DNA from: Paramecium tetraurelia
Taxonomy: Eukaryota
Assembly: GCA_000165425.1 (NCBI GenBank)
Contig: CT868671.1
Location: 501,027-565,026 of the forward strand
DNA: 64,000 nucleotides
Direction of reading: 5' to 3'
Part shown: positions 1-13,527 of the stretch, piece after piece
How positions within the stretch are numbered: the first letter of the stretch is position 1
How the letters are laid out: every line of letters begins with the position of its first letter
Program-made: the position numbers and the translations under genes
The notes under the pieces: generated by a model
The model's input: the letters and a program-made list of their open reading frames with translations, nothing else
The model's database searches: none
What the model was told of the DNA's origin: nothing

Positions 1-196
1 GCTTTTCAGTTGTTCCAAAAAATAAAAAACAAGGATAATTGTTGTCTATGTTGTTATTAATCTGATTATCATAGTTTTGTTAATAAAGTTTAGGATAATA
101 TTAAAAAGCCTGTGGTTTATTTGCTGTAATTTGATTATCCTCCTCTAATTATTCAATCGATTACATTTACTTATTGGTGCTGACAAGTGATCCCAT
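1..196 (-). CDS. 5' part of a hypothetical protein, runs off the window; possible N-myristoylation (MGSLVS...)
   Basis: Open in code 6 from ATG at 196: MGSLVSTNKQMQSIEQLEEDNQ...PCFLFFGTTEK. Confidence 0.6.
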
Positions 197-744
197 TTAT
201 GTAAATTAATTAAATTATTATAGTTTAAAGATTGGTAATTTAAGAATAAACAAGGGATGTTTATTATTAAAATTAGATTTATTTTTTACTAGAATAAGCT
301 TCAAATTTAAAATCATTACTTAAGTTGGTTTTATTTAAAAACATAAATTAAATATAGATAGTAGATCCTTAGATGAAAGTATTATAAGTAAATTAATATA
401 AGTATAGAAACAATATAATCATAGTTTTACCACTAATTATTTTCTAATCATTTTTGAATACTTCAACAATCATTGGATCTTATATCAATTTTTAAGATAA
501 TCTTTTTAAATATATTTTTACTATAAAGCGCTTATTTTAAATATAATCAATTCCTCATATATTGTTAAGATAACAAAACTTAAATTGTTATTTAGTAGAT
601 CATAACGATTATCTTATTAATTTGAGTTCTAAACATGCTAATATTAGATTCAGATAAATTCTTACAAATTTCGAATCCTGCTGAACATTCATATTGGTAT
701 ATATTTAATTAATATTAATTAAAATGAGTTTAGTAAACTAATAA

Positions 745-3466
745 TCAGACTCTCATTTTTAACTCCAATAGTAGTTCATCATCTACTTAATAATTTAAAG
801 GGATGACCTTTTAATGAAGCATTTATTAATTATCTGTCCTTCGTTAAAGATTAGGATTAATCTATGTATATATCAATCAAAAAATAATACCGTTGCTATA
901 TAATCTTAAAGATTTAATGATTTAAGTAATTCCAAACTACCAAATGCCAGGGGAGTACAATTGTCTTTATTGATCACATTTAAATCACCTCCTTTATTTA
1001 GAAAATCAATTATAATTTATTTATTCCCTGATTGGAATGCCATATGGAGCGGAGTATTGTCATTTGAGCACTTTTAATTTACATCTGCCCCTGCTCTTAG
1101 CAATAGCTTAATCATTTGAACGTCACCATATTTAGCACTGTAATATAAGGGAGTATTTCCATATTAGTCATATTATTCGGTATCAGCCTTAACATAATTA
1201 AACCCTGCTGATTCTGCAATTACTACACTTTTCATTTTCGATGCTTATATCAGCTTTCTACTTTTTACTTTAGTTTCTCCACTAATTCTAATTTTAGCTG
1301 CCTTATTAATTAAGGATTATTTTAAACTTTCATTCTTCTATTCTAATTTTAAATGCAAACTCTATAAATTACAATTCAATTACTTATTTAACAATTCTAC
1401 TGCTTGCTAACGAAATATCTAAGGTTTTTTATTGACTTAATCTTTGAGTTTATGGAGATGATGGCGTCGAATATGGAACAAAAATAGACTTTTGAATTTA
1501 TTCAAGAGGTAATTTAGGAGGAGAAAATATTGAAAGATCCTTTAATTTTTCAGTCTGCCTTTTATTTAATTCATGAGATAATTCTTCAAAAAATCTTTTT
1601 GCTTTCAAACACTTTTAGATTTTGATTTCAATATCTCTATTTTTTTATTCTACTCTTTATTCAACCATATTGGATACTTTCTTTTTGTACAAATATCTTT
1701 TAATTGCCATTTTAATTTTATTGGCTGCTTGTATTTCTATGTCTTCTGATAACCACTGTTATTATAGGGGTGATTCTTTTGATTCAATCTCATTCATAAA
1801 TTTTAATTATTAACTTTAAAATCTTCTGCGAGATTATGGTCCTCCACTATAAAATTAAAGAAACTCACTTTTCTTTATATTATAATTTCTTATAGCTAAT
1901 CTGAAATTTTGGCTTTACTTTATCAATTTCTCTTGCAAAACTTGATTTTGTTTATCCTCTTATGCCAAAATCATTAATTTAGATGGAGGATGAAATTTGT
2001 GTTTGACTTATTCTAGTGGTATTTCCTCTCCATCTTTTATAAATAATGGTTTAATCATTTATTTTTATGCATTTCTTTCAAAGAAATTCTATTATGAAAC
2101 CAATTGATTCCCTTTTTTCTTATTTCATTATAATAATTACTTATCTATATCTTTTTACAACATTTTACATAATTTCCTTAAACTTTTGGACGTAAATGTT
2201 TGCTAAAGGATTTCCTGACTTTTATAATCTTCTTAAAATTGATTATTTCTTGAATTCTATAGCTTCTTTAATAAATCTTTTTTTTTAAGCCTATATTAAA
2301 TATTATACAAATTTCGATTTAACAACTTTCATCTAAAGAGAATCCTTTGATAAATATTGTTTTTTTTAGTAATTTATGGTCTTATCAGCTAAGTTTAAAA
2401 AGGTTAATTACCTATTTATTTCCTCTTGATGACATTCTACTCTTCAAAATATTGTTATCTTTTTTTCATTTACTTTTCTTTTAATGTAAAATAATCTTGT
2501 AAAATCTATTCTGATATATTAAACTCAATTTAGTATTTTATCTATTCATATACAATAAATATACTTCATTCTCTAATGAATTGATTGCTTTTTAAATAAA
2601 CTCCTTGTCTAGATTTCTATTGATTAAAAAACTTGTTGATGCAATGTATTATAGTTCTTCCTTTGTTATATAATTTCCTGTTTATTCGCATTTATCAAGT
2701 ATCATTCCTCTTTTACTGATTAGCTTTCCATTGGCTTATTACTTTTTCATAGTTTCATATCCATGCAGAATATAGTTTTTTTTTGCTGATATGAATTATG
2801 CTTCTACTGCTTTGTTCCACTCAAAATATACTTCTGGCTATTAGACTTCAGTATCTTTAGGATTTAATTTAGTTTATGAATTTGAACCTAATTTTTATTC
2901 TGATGTATAATTTTTTTGTTATTTTTCAAGGACATTGGTAGAATTCTGTATCATCTATACTAAGGCTAATTTGAGTCTATTTAAAATCGCTTTATGTTAT
3001 GACTTAACCTTTAACCACCAATATAAATCTTGTTTTTCATCAACAGATTAGTAATCACTTTTAGGAGAGTCATACTTTTAGATAATTCCTAATTAACTAA
3101 TTAAATACTATCAAATTGCTTTGAGATTTCATCAACACTACATCTCATGAGGTAATTCTGCTTATCTTCAAGTTTTGTAAATTATTATAAAACATTAAAA
3201 TCGATTCCAAAATCTGAACAAATCTGTTGGTACTTCTACTTTAAGGGTTTAGTTTGGTTTGATTTAAATATCAATTTCTCAAAAAGAGCACACATATTTT
3301 GAATTTGAGTTTATTTAACATAAAGTGAATGGGTTCTGGATGTTGATCTAGTTAGAGGTTATTTTTATATCTGTGTAAAGCGATTCTGAATTTGCTGTTT
3401 AGTCATGAGATTAGAGAACTCAGATTAGGTGGTTTCTTATTTGAATGAGAAATTTCTATGTTTCAT
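745..3466 (-). CDS. Large protein with C-terminal ankyrin repeats
   Basis: ATG 3466 to TGA 745 with several short introns (e.g. 862-890). Ankyrin motifs GNTPLYYSAKYGD, GADVN, NTPLHMAFQSG, CTPLAFG near 900-1200. The middle of the gene was only spot-checked. Confidence 0.75.
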
Positions 3467-3500
3467 TATTTAAATTAAAATGTGATATTATATAAATGAA

Positions 3501-5115
3501 TCAAATATCTTAAAGTAAATTCAATATTTATTGAGGTGAATATCTTTATTTTGGATTTATGGCTAACATTCCTTTTAATAATTATGTTAATAGAGGTGAA
3601 ACTTGGATACCAGAATAATTCTATTCTCGCAATACAAATTCCAGATTAGTTAGTATTTTAATTTATTTTTCAACAATCTTACTAAAACTCCTTCCTGTAA
3701 CTGCAAACAGACCTTGAGCCATGATTTTCTGACCTTTATAATTAATTACTTATGTGTCATAACTCATCCACAATGGCAATCCTGATATGATTTCTAGGAC
3801 AACACACCCTAGGCCCCAAATATCTATGACCCATGATTTATCATAATTGACTAGGGATTCAATCAATTGATTATCATAGGACATCTGATTCTCTCGAAGT
3901 ATGAATGTCAACATCTCTGGGGACATGTACTCAGGAGTTGCCATTGAGAATTTGTCAAAGACTTCTACAAATTTGAAGGACGAACCATAGTCTATAATTT
4001 TGTATTCGACATCTTGTTATCCATAGGAGATGAGAATGTTTTCACTTTTAATATCACTATGGACCCAACCTGTCTTGACTAGCAAATCTATAGTTTAGGT
4101 GATTCTTTTTATAAATTTTAATAAAAAGACAGGAAACTACTTAAAGAGCAAGCTTAATTTCTATGGAATTAACTACCATGTATTCTTATTATACCTTATA
4201 ACTATTATTGAGGGATTCAAAGTCATACAATTAAGTGCCCAATGAATATCCACAAGCTTCATACATTATGAAAACGTCGTGCGGATCAATCACATAATCT
4301 AACATTTTGCATAGATATTTGATTCCTTCATTTTACTAATATTAACTCTTTATTTAACCTCCTTTATTAAAAAACTAAGTGCAAAATGCTAATTCTTTAA
4401 AATGAGTTTCATGTTTAGATTTCCTTGGGATCTATTTAATAGCACACAAAGCACCTCCTTTTTACTCCTTAGCTAACCAAATCAATGAAAAACCTCCTCT
4501 TCCCAATAGTTTCTCTCTTTGAAATCCAAAAGGGAATCTATTTCCAAATTTATCCCATTCCTCAATAGTTAATTCAAATTGCTAAATAAATGATTTAGGA
4601 TCATTTGCTTGATTTTATTTGATACCAACAGACTAAAATAGAGATTATTATTGTTATCTTTATTGTTGTTATTATTGTTGAATGGAATACGATCTTTATT
4701 TTTGACTCGTAAACAACGATGCTCTATTTTAATTTTTAGGAGATTAATTGTAATCTCCGATGCTGTTATTTCTTTTGTTGGAAATTGATCTTTTAGTTTA
4801 AACCTAACTTCTTTGTGATAGTTAAATTATTTTCGGTTGATTTGGGAATTCTGTCTCTGAATCTGATTACTATTGAGTCATCAGTCTGTTTGCTTTGTTA
4901 CTCAATAATCCTTTGTTGATTTTCCATCTGTTTGAGAATACACTATGTTCTACCTTATTTAAGGGCGAATAATTTAAAGAAATCTAGACATAACACAATT
5001 TCCTTACTAACTTTGAGTTTCGGGTGTCATCGACTTCCGTTTGGATGTTAAGTTTCTATTTACAGTACAGTTATTTTAATTAGAACTGATGTTACTATTT
5101 AATACTCCTTTTCAT
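3501..5115 (-). CDS. Ser/Thr protein kinase, divergent CMGC/DYRK-like, with low-complexity N-terminus
   Basis: LGRGGFSLIW, AIKQ, HSDIKSEN, IIDYG, ATPEYMSPE, DIWGLGC motifs. Confidence 0.9.
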
Positions 5116-5157
5116 TTGATTTTTGTTGTTTTTATATATGTTTATATAAATGTCATA

Positions 5158-6821
5158 TCACTCAACATCCTTTTTATGATTCTCAATTTCCAACTGAAAA
5201 CCAACCTTTGAATCATTGATGGAAAATTCAATATGAGGTTGAGTGGTCGTGGTTTCCAATTGAATTGCCTTATTTTGAGCTTCCTTCCAAAATCGGAGAA
5301 ATGCAAAATATTTGTAAACTACAAACCCAATTATCCCCACAACGATCAATCCTCCGATTATTATGCTCTCATACAATAGAGCTTCATCCTCCTTTGTCAT
5401 AATTGCATAATTGAAGAACAAAGTATAACTCTTCTTTTTTGAGCATCCATCGCAATCGCTATTGTAATACTCCAATTCAAAATGAAAGGGTGATTGCATT
5501 GCTTCATTTTGACTTTAACACGAACAAAATACCTCAAACATCCTCTTAACTTTTAAATAAATACATACCGCTAGCAAATTTAATTTTAAAAATCTTGTCC
5601 TTGTATACGCATATACATAATCTGTCGTCCCGGAATTCGTTACTTAAGATAACATTAAAACATTCAAGATCTGAGGAACTAATAGGTTCGCTTACACTTT
5701 GTAATTTTATTGGTTCAGATATATAGCATCAACTCCAACAGTAATTATGCTTTAGGTTTTATCACCTATCAATAAAGCATATAAATCATGAATTATAATA
5801 TGCTTCACCTTCTGATTTATGTATTGCATATTTAGTTCTTTCAAATTTATTGAATTGAATGAATAATCTATCTACATATATTGATTTTATAATTTACTAT
5901 GATATGCCCCTAACTGTTATCCTCAACAACTACTAATATACCTCTATTATACAATTTGAAATTCACTGCTTAAGGTTTCGTAATTAATATTTACTATTAA
6001 TTATCGTTAACATTAATTGTATTTTCAAATGTTATAGTTTTGGACATCAATGTTGAATTCTGATACAAAAGATATATTCTAAATTACTGAGAAATGGTTT
6101 CGAACTCAAAATGTAAAATCTAGGATTCAAATTTGTAAATCGGCTCCATTTTTCTATTGTATATTCGTAGATTTCCATCTTTATATAAAATAAAAACATA
6201 AGTTGAATAGACATTAATCAATTTAATTTGATTGACATGAAGTGTTTCCTATTTATACTAACTTATATATTAGATTGACTTATTATAATATGTATTATTG
6301 TGGACTTCGTATTCGTACACTTTATTGTCTTACAAGAGAAGTATTAATAAGTTCAAGGACTCTATTTAAATTAAATAAGAATTTTCAATAGATTCATTTA
6401 TTTAGAAATGTTAAGTCTGGGCAATATTTTGATTGATGTTGTCGTGAGATATAAATGTTAAATTTTTATCACTTGTTAATATAATAATGCCGTAGGAATT
6501 TATGACAGCTGATTAAATGAATTCTGATTGACCATAAAATTTGCCATTCACAAAATTTAGTTCAAAATCCTACTCCGTTTTATGAGTGACCTTCAATTAT
6601 GACTCTATTTCAATATCCAAACGTTAAGGCTGAACTGAACAATATGTTTGATACGTAATTTCTTTATTGTTATTGGAAATGTGATATTTGTATATAAATC
6701 CAGATTCATCTATTACATCAATAATATTTTCTTTGTATAATGGCAATTTATAAGTTTGATCTAATTTTAGTTGGTTTTGATTGGAGATTAAAGGAAAGAT
6801 AAATATAATAGTTATAAACAT
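5158..6821 (-). CDS. Type I membrane protein of unknown function
   Basis: Hydrophobic N-terminus MFITIIFIFPLIS, one C-terminal TM segment (IIIGGLIVVGIIGFVVY) followed by KY...RFWK, tiny introns. Confidence 0.7.
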
Positions 6822-6869
6822 AAATTTGATTAATCAAATTTTTTTATAAATATGTTTTCATATAATATA

Positions 6870-8395
6870 TCATTATAAATGTTTTTTAAGACCAGTCTAT
6901 TCTACTTAATTCAAGAACTCCTATTTCAATGCGAGTCCAATCTAACCAATATCATTTTCTGATCCATTATATAATACACAATTATCAAACACCAAAAGGA
7001 TGTCACTATAGAATTCTTTACAATTTTTGTATTGATTTGTATTGAGTTTTTGCTATTATTTAATGAATTCCAATACCTTAACAGTTCCAAAGTCCATAGG
7101 CCTTTTTACGATATCATAATAATCATTGATACCATACTTTTTCTCATCCACAGGATTATGAAACAATTGTGCTCCTTTTGCTTTCCACAATATTTGCAAC
7201 ACCTTCTTAGCCACCTTTTCCCAGAGTTCATCATCCTTCATGGAATTCAAGACATTATCGTCAATTAATTCATCAGCATTTATAATTAAGTTGGCAATTT
7301 AAGGGTATTGCTATTGAAATCTCGCAAATTCAGTAGAAGTAATTTCCTATAGATTACCATATTCATCAGTAAACATTAATTTATAAGCTTATTTTGGTAA
7401 ATCCTTATTTTTCTTCTTCTATTATTTGGGTTGTTCTCCTTTGCTATTCTCATTATTATTATAATTAGAATTTTGTTTAAAGTCATCTTTACTCTTTCCA
7501 AAATACGAATTGAATAGTTCCATAACTTCCTTCCTCTAAAATCTCTTGGCAAAGAATTAGGCTGTCTTTTTGTGTTGATCTTGATGATTTGGATTACAGC
7601 CATTCTATATAGAGAAAGACTCTTACATCTATCAAGATTTTACAGATTTCAGCATGTCCTTCTCTGGCTGAATAGAATAAAGCAGTTTGATTGGAGAGAG
7701 TGTCCACTAAATTGACATTTGCTCCAACTGAAACAAGTCTAAGAACATACACTTTAGATATACTTTGTCACAATATCTATTTTATTATCTCTGGCTGCAT
7801 AAAACAAAGGTGTTTATCCATATTAATCTTGATCATTAATGTTTACTGCCTTCTATGATAATACAAAATCAAGTAATTTCAGTTTACCATCTCTGCAGAT
7901 GTAAAAGAGTATTGATTATTTTAAACCATCCTTAAAATTTAAATTAACTCTAAAATCTGTCAATAACGACAGAAATTTCAGTGCCAATCCTTCATTATCA
8001 AATTACACCACTATATACGAACAGATCTATTTGCTTTGCGAATCAATTACATTCACCAAATCCATTTCCTTATACTACTCTAAAATGTTCATTAAGTCTA
8101 CTTACATAGGAAATTCGCTGCCTTGTCGTATTCTTAGCCTTTTAAAAGTGTTTTGAATTCCTCATAGATTTATTATTATTATTCTTAAGTAACTTTTTGC
8201 TGATTCCAATCTTACTCAACTTGCTGGGGGATGGGTGGCTGTGGTTGAGTGGGGAATCTATAAGTGGGCATATTTTAAACCATGATGCTAAGCATAAACT
8301 AATTATAATCTAAATACTGAATTACTTTTACTTATTTCATCATCATTGAATTTCGATAACACATTGTTTATTTACATTTCATTGTAATTAGTCAT
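6870..8395 (-). CDS. Ankyrin-repeat plus C-terminal bromodomain protein (apicomplexan BDP1-like architecture)
   Basis: Ankyrin units TPLFYAARDNK and QTALFYSAREGHAEICKILID; bromodomain LFHNPVD...DYYDIVKRPMDFGTVKQKL...VFDNCVLYNG. Confidence 0.9.
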
Positions 8396-8636
8396 CTTCA
8401 AAATATTAACCAAGTCAGTCCGAGTTATTTTCCCGTTTTTTTAGAATTGTTAAAATAAGGAATCACAAGGTTGGATATTCCAAAATTGCATATTCATATA
8501 TAATAAATATTATAATTGATATAAAATATAACACTAAACTAATTAGATTTTCTTAATTCATAATTTTCAAACTCATAGTATGATGATGCCAATCTTAACT
8601 ATAATTAATATCAAACCTATAAATAAATAATAAATT

Positions 8637-9173
8637 TCATTAGAGTACAAATGACTTTGAACTTGAATCCCACGGTTGCAATCTATCTGAAGGATTTGGT
8701 TCAGGATTCGGTTCTGTATAGATGTCTTGCTTCTGCAATGAATGACGATACTTCAACTTTTAAGGTTAACGATTAAGACAATTAAGTTTTGGGAGAAAAC
8801 AATCCTTTACAGTTTCGATTTATCTCCCCTTAATCTCATCAATTGTATTGGAGTATTTCTTCCGAATTTCTGGTTTATCTTTCACTTTTCTCTTTATTAT
8901 GTTGTCAATATATGATTGATAAACTGTATTTTCTTTTGGGATATTATTTATAACGAAAGGAGAAGGATTAAGTTGATGAACATTTGCTCTCTTTACTATC
9001 TTCGATGGGAATACAGAAAGTTCAAAATTTTTTGAAGGGGATGGTTGACTATTAATACGATATGTGAATATTGGAAAAACTTATCCTTTATTGTTCTGTT
9101 TAATTAGGCCTTTCTTGACGAAGAATTAAAAACTTGGTTCTTTATTAACTATATGTTTTTCCCTTGAAGCCAT
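8637..9173 (-). CDS. Hypothetical protein (178 aa, intronless)
   Basis: Continuous code-6 ORF MASREKHIV...DRLQPWDSSSKSFVLQ*, 537 nt. Confidence 0.7.
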
Positions 9174-9198
9174 AATAAAAAGAAAATATTAATAGCTT

Positions 9199-9780
9199 AT
9201 GATTTAATTATTCGCAACTGCATTTAGATCTGCTATCATTCACTAACGGTGTTTTCAAAGATAGTTTTAATATAGTTTCGCAAAGATCAGTAAGAAGGAT
9301 TAGGAAAGGATGGAAAAAAAAGTAAGAGAAGTAAAATCTTAGACAATCTAAAACTATTGACTTTACTCTCTATCAAATTAAGTTCAATCAATATGCCCAG
9401 AAATTTTAAGAGGCTCTAAAGAAATTGCAAGTAGGTAAAAACTGACACCTGAAATGTTGGACTGAGTATCAATTCAAGCATATGGTGAAAAATTGCCATT
9501 GTCTTCTCTAGCTTAGGCATCTCAAAAATCATGAGGAGTCTTGATTCTAAATGTGTTTGATGAATCTACAACCATAGTTGCAATGAAGGTATGCGCAATT
9601 TCTTTCATTGGCTTTAGAAACTCAGACCTTAAATTGCAAATTAAGAAATAGGACAAATAAATCGTCTATTAATTAGCTTAGGGAAATACTAAGGAGAGTA
9701 GAGTAATAGAAGTCTCAAGAATTGATGGAAGATGCTAAATAAAATCTTAGACAAATCGAAAGAGTTATTAAATAATTGAT
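9199..9780 (+). pseudogene. Mitochondrial ribosome recycling factor pseudogene
   Basis: Presequence-like start MIQLFATAFRS and RRF-like segment GKLTPEMLD*VSIQAYGEKLPLSSLAQASQKS*GVLILNVFDES. Two in-frame TGAs, frame slips in A-runs (~9320, ~9440, ~9620) and an intron ending TTG instead of TAG. Confidence 0.7.
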
Positions 9781-9930
9781 TATTTTTACAATATTTAATT
9801 TATATATAATTCTCGAATTCGCATTCATCAATAGTTCTATCGATCAATTGTTTACTTCACCTTAAGAACATATAGTTAATTGATTAATATCAAAATAATC
9901 AATTAGAATATATACAATAAAATAAATATT

Positions 9931-10868
9931 ATGTATTCCAAATAAGCAACAATCTCAAAGTCATAGAACTTGAAATCCAAACTGTCAATTAAGGATACTA
10001 TATCAAATTCTCACTAAATTCATAGTCAACCCCAATCTTCCAAAGGTTAGGACCATCCAAAATAAGAAGTATATTTGTTTTAATTTAGAATAAATAAGAT
10101 TGTCATCAGATGAGGAAGAAACTTTTCTACATTTTGGGTAAGAACAGTGAATCACATAAGATATTCAAAGTCTCTCCAACCAACTCCCTTAAGCAACAAT
10201 ATTTCGTATCTGCCACTCTCTAACAAAAATCAAAAGGAACTAGGTTAAAATTCAATCATACAACTGAAAATAATGATTCTCTCCAAACTCTTAAATGCCA
10301 TGCTTTGAAGTTACTAAAATCCAATAAGCACAGAGACACCAACAAATATAGTGAATTTCTATCAAATAACAATCTCGACATGCAAAAGCAATTTGGGAAT
10401 TTTGTTCGATCTATCGATGAAATTTAAGCTGATTAATTACCTATATAAAATACTGAAAGAAGTACTTTAATTGCCCTCTTTGAAAAACTTAATGTCAAGG
10501 ATTAACAGTAATGCAAACCAAAAAGATAAACACAACAAAAATCGGAATCTTATTCATATAAACAATCTCTAGAAAGCGAATTTATTGATTTGAGATTGAG
10601 ACAAAAAAACAAATGCAATTTCTCTAATAATTCATCAGGACAATTGGTCAATCCAAATTCAACAACTACTCAAATACATCAGAACCCATTAAATGAATAG
10701 AAAATTAAAATTGAAGAGAATTTTTAAACGATTATAGATAAAGCTAAATAGATTTTGTTAAAATATTAAGCTAAATTAAAGTAGAATGACCATGAAAAAG
10801 ATGTATTAATATAGGAGATTCAATATTGGAAAGCAAAATACTTAAAATGTAAACAACAATATTTTTGA
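9931..10868 (+). CDS. Hypothetical protein with C-terminal coiled coil
   Basis: Open in code 6 with one 20-nt intron near 10069-10088. Confidence 0.7.
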
Positions 10869-10919
10869 ACTTTTATTTATGTATTAAAATTTTGTAATAA
10901 AATTATCATCTTTTGCTTC

Positions 10920-11604
10920 ATGAACAACAATTCTGAAGATAAGAATCAAGATTAACAGGAGGAGCCTATGACAGAAGAAGAGAGACGTTTTGCTGAGGAG
11001 TTGGATTAAAAAATTTCGAATGCATAACAAAAATTGGATTAATTAGGATTAACTGAGAGTAGAATCAGTTGGTTGTAAGATACGATCAAAAAGAGATAAG
11101 AAGAGAATCCAATGACAGATGAAGAAAAGAAGGAGAAGTTTTAATAAATGGCAGATAAAGCTATTGACATACCTTCAATTGATAGATAAGGCAGAAAGAT
11201 TTTTACATTAGAGGAGACATTAAATAATTATAATAATGCTTGGGGGATCTTAAAATACAGAGAATTACCAATCTGTTGGAGCAATTTAAAGGATAAAATA
11301 ATATTCACATTGCCTATGACATTTATGGCTGCGTACACGTATGAGGCTATGCAACTGAAAAAGATAAATTTAAGTTTGAAAGAGATGAAACTTAAATTAT
11401 TAGGCCGAAGTTGGGGTGTATTCTTTGTAATTGGCACAACATTTTGTTTAATAGATTCCCTATATTTCGATGATTTTTGGTAAATGTCGATATTATTATA
11501 GTGACATCAAATCTTATCATTATTAGACAAATGACAGGAAGAAATTAGTAAGAGAATTAAGATCACAATTATTGAATAAACCAAATAAAAAGGATCAAAA
11601 TTGA
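10920..11604 (+). CDS. Hypothetical membrane protein (charged N-terminus, about two hydrophobic segments)
   Basis: Open frame with one 22-nt intron; segments [15 protein letters not shown] and [18 protein letters not shown]. Confidence 0.7.
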
Positions 11605-11627
11605 GTGTTGTGTATAATTTAATTGTG

Positions 11628-13511
11628 ATGTTAAAATATATTTTTAAAAATTCAATTACTTCCTTTCATCTCTTATCCAGATATCAAATAAGCATAGATA
11701 AGATTCGGAATTTTTGTATCATAGCTCACATTGATCATGGAAAATCTACTTTGGCAGATCGATTCCTTGAAATCACAGGGACGATTAGCAAAGGGAAACA
11801 TGAGTAATATTTGGATAAGTTGGAGGTTGAAAAAGAGAGAGGAATCACAGTTAAAGCATAATCAGCAGCTATGCTTTATAAAGTGGATGGAATAGAGGTA
11901 ATATAAATGAAGATAGTAGTATTTGTATAATTTGATTGACACTCCTGGACATGTGGATTTTACATACGAGGTATCACGTTCAATGAGAGCTTGTGAAGGT
12001 GCAATCTTATTGATTGATGCAACTCAAGGAATCTAGGCATAAACACTATCTAATTATATTTTGGCTAAGAAGTAGAATTTAAAGATTATACCCGTTATCA
12101 ATAAAATAGATATGACTTCTGCAAATACGGAGACCGTTATATAATAACTGGTTGAAAAATTCGATATGAATCCAAATGAGATATTTAAGGTGTCTGCTAA
12201 AAAAGGAACTGGAGTTACAGAGTTGCTAAATAATATAGTTACATTGATACCTCCCCCATAGGATCATAAAGAACTGAAGTGTTTTTTGATAGACAGTTGG
12301 TATGCTAGAGACAAAGGAGTTGTGTTGTTGATGTTAATGAAAGGAGGAATTTTGAAGAAGGGAGATTAGATATTATCTTGTGCATTCAAAAAGAAATATG
12401 ATGTTTTCGAAGTAGTCAATTCTATTAAATTAGGTAGGGATTTAAAGTCCGGAGAATGTTCCTTAGGAGAAGTTGGAACCAGGTTAGGTCGGGTATGTGA
12501 TGACGAATATGAAGGCAGCAAATGAGGCCAGAATAGGAGATACATTTAGAAATTCCTCTATCAAAGACTTTGGCTGAAGCTGGTTTTGAGTAGGTGAAAC
12601 CATTGGTTTATTGTGGTATTTATCCTGAAGACCCAGATGACTATGCTGAATTAAATAAATCAATATTCAAATTGGCATTGACTGATCCAGCTGTAATAAT
12701 TCAGAAGGAGAGTTCAGCAGCATTAGGAAATGGATATCGTTGTGGTTTTCTTGGAGTTCTACATATGGATGTATTTAGAGAGAGATTGGAGAATGAATAT
12801 AATTTGAGTGTCATATTGACATCTCCAAGTGTTCCTTATAAGGCAATTTTGAGGAATGGAAAGGAAGTTCTGGTTGAAAATGCAATAATGGCACCAGATG
12901 CTGCAGTCATCAAACATTATGAACAACCTATGGCTATGGCTACTATAATGTGTCCAGAAGAGTATAGTGCCACAATATTTTAATTGTGTGATGCTAGGAA
13001 TGGTAGAATAGTGGATTAAGAGAAGTATGATAAATAGGATAGATACATATTTAAATTCCCTTTGAATGAAATCATCTAGGATTTGTTTGATAAAATAAAG
13101 AGTGCAACTAAAGGGTATGGGTCATTGGAATACGAATTCTGCGGATTTGAAAAAGCAAACATCGTTAAATTAGTGATTCATTTAATGGATGATCCAGTGG
13201 ATGCATTGTCATTTATGGTACCAGAAGAAAGGGCTCATTAATTGGGAAAGAAGATTTGTTAAAGATTGAAGGACAATATTCCTTAACATTTATTTGTTGT
13301 ATCAATTTAAGCTAAGGTTGGTGGTAAAGTGATAGCAGCAGAGAAGATTGGAAGCACTGGAAAAAATGTAACTGCTAAATGTTATGGAGGGGATTACACA
13401 AGAAAGAAGAAGTTATTGGATAGATAGAAGGAGGGCAAGAAGAGGATGAGAGAAGTTGGCAGAGTTACTGTTAGGAAAGACACCTTCATTAGTGTATTCA
13501 AAGATGATTGA
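11628..13511 (+). CDS. GUF1: Mitochondrial translation factor GUF1 / EF-4 (LepA); one +1 frame discontinuity at ~12545-12577
   Basis: [75 protein letters not shown]. Confidence 0.93.
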
Positions 13512-13527
13512 AATATAAATATATATA

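Noticed and set aside
8580..8690. ATGATGA...CTGA as a possible C/D-box snoRNA
   Set aside because: No terminal stem or recognisable rRNA guide, and it overlaps the 3' end of a minus-strand CDS
9460..9540. In-frame TGA codons in the RRF-like gene as selenocysteine or readthrough
   Set aside because: They co-occur with frameshifts and a broken splice site and do not fall at Cys-like positions; pseudogene is the simpler reading
9199..13511. RRF and GUF1 proximity as a mitochondrial translation gene cluster
   Set aside because: Two unrelated genes intervene, one member is a pseudogene, and there is no evidence for operon-like organisation
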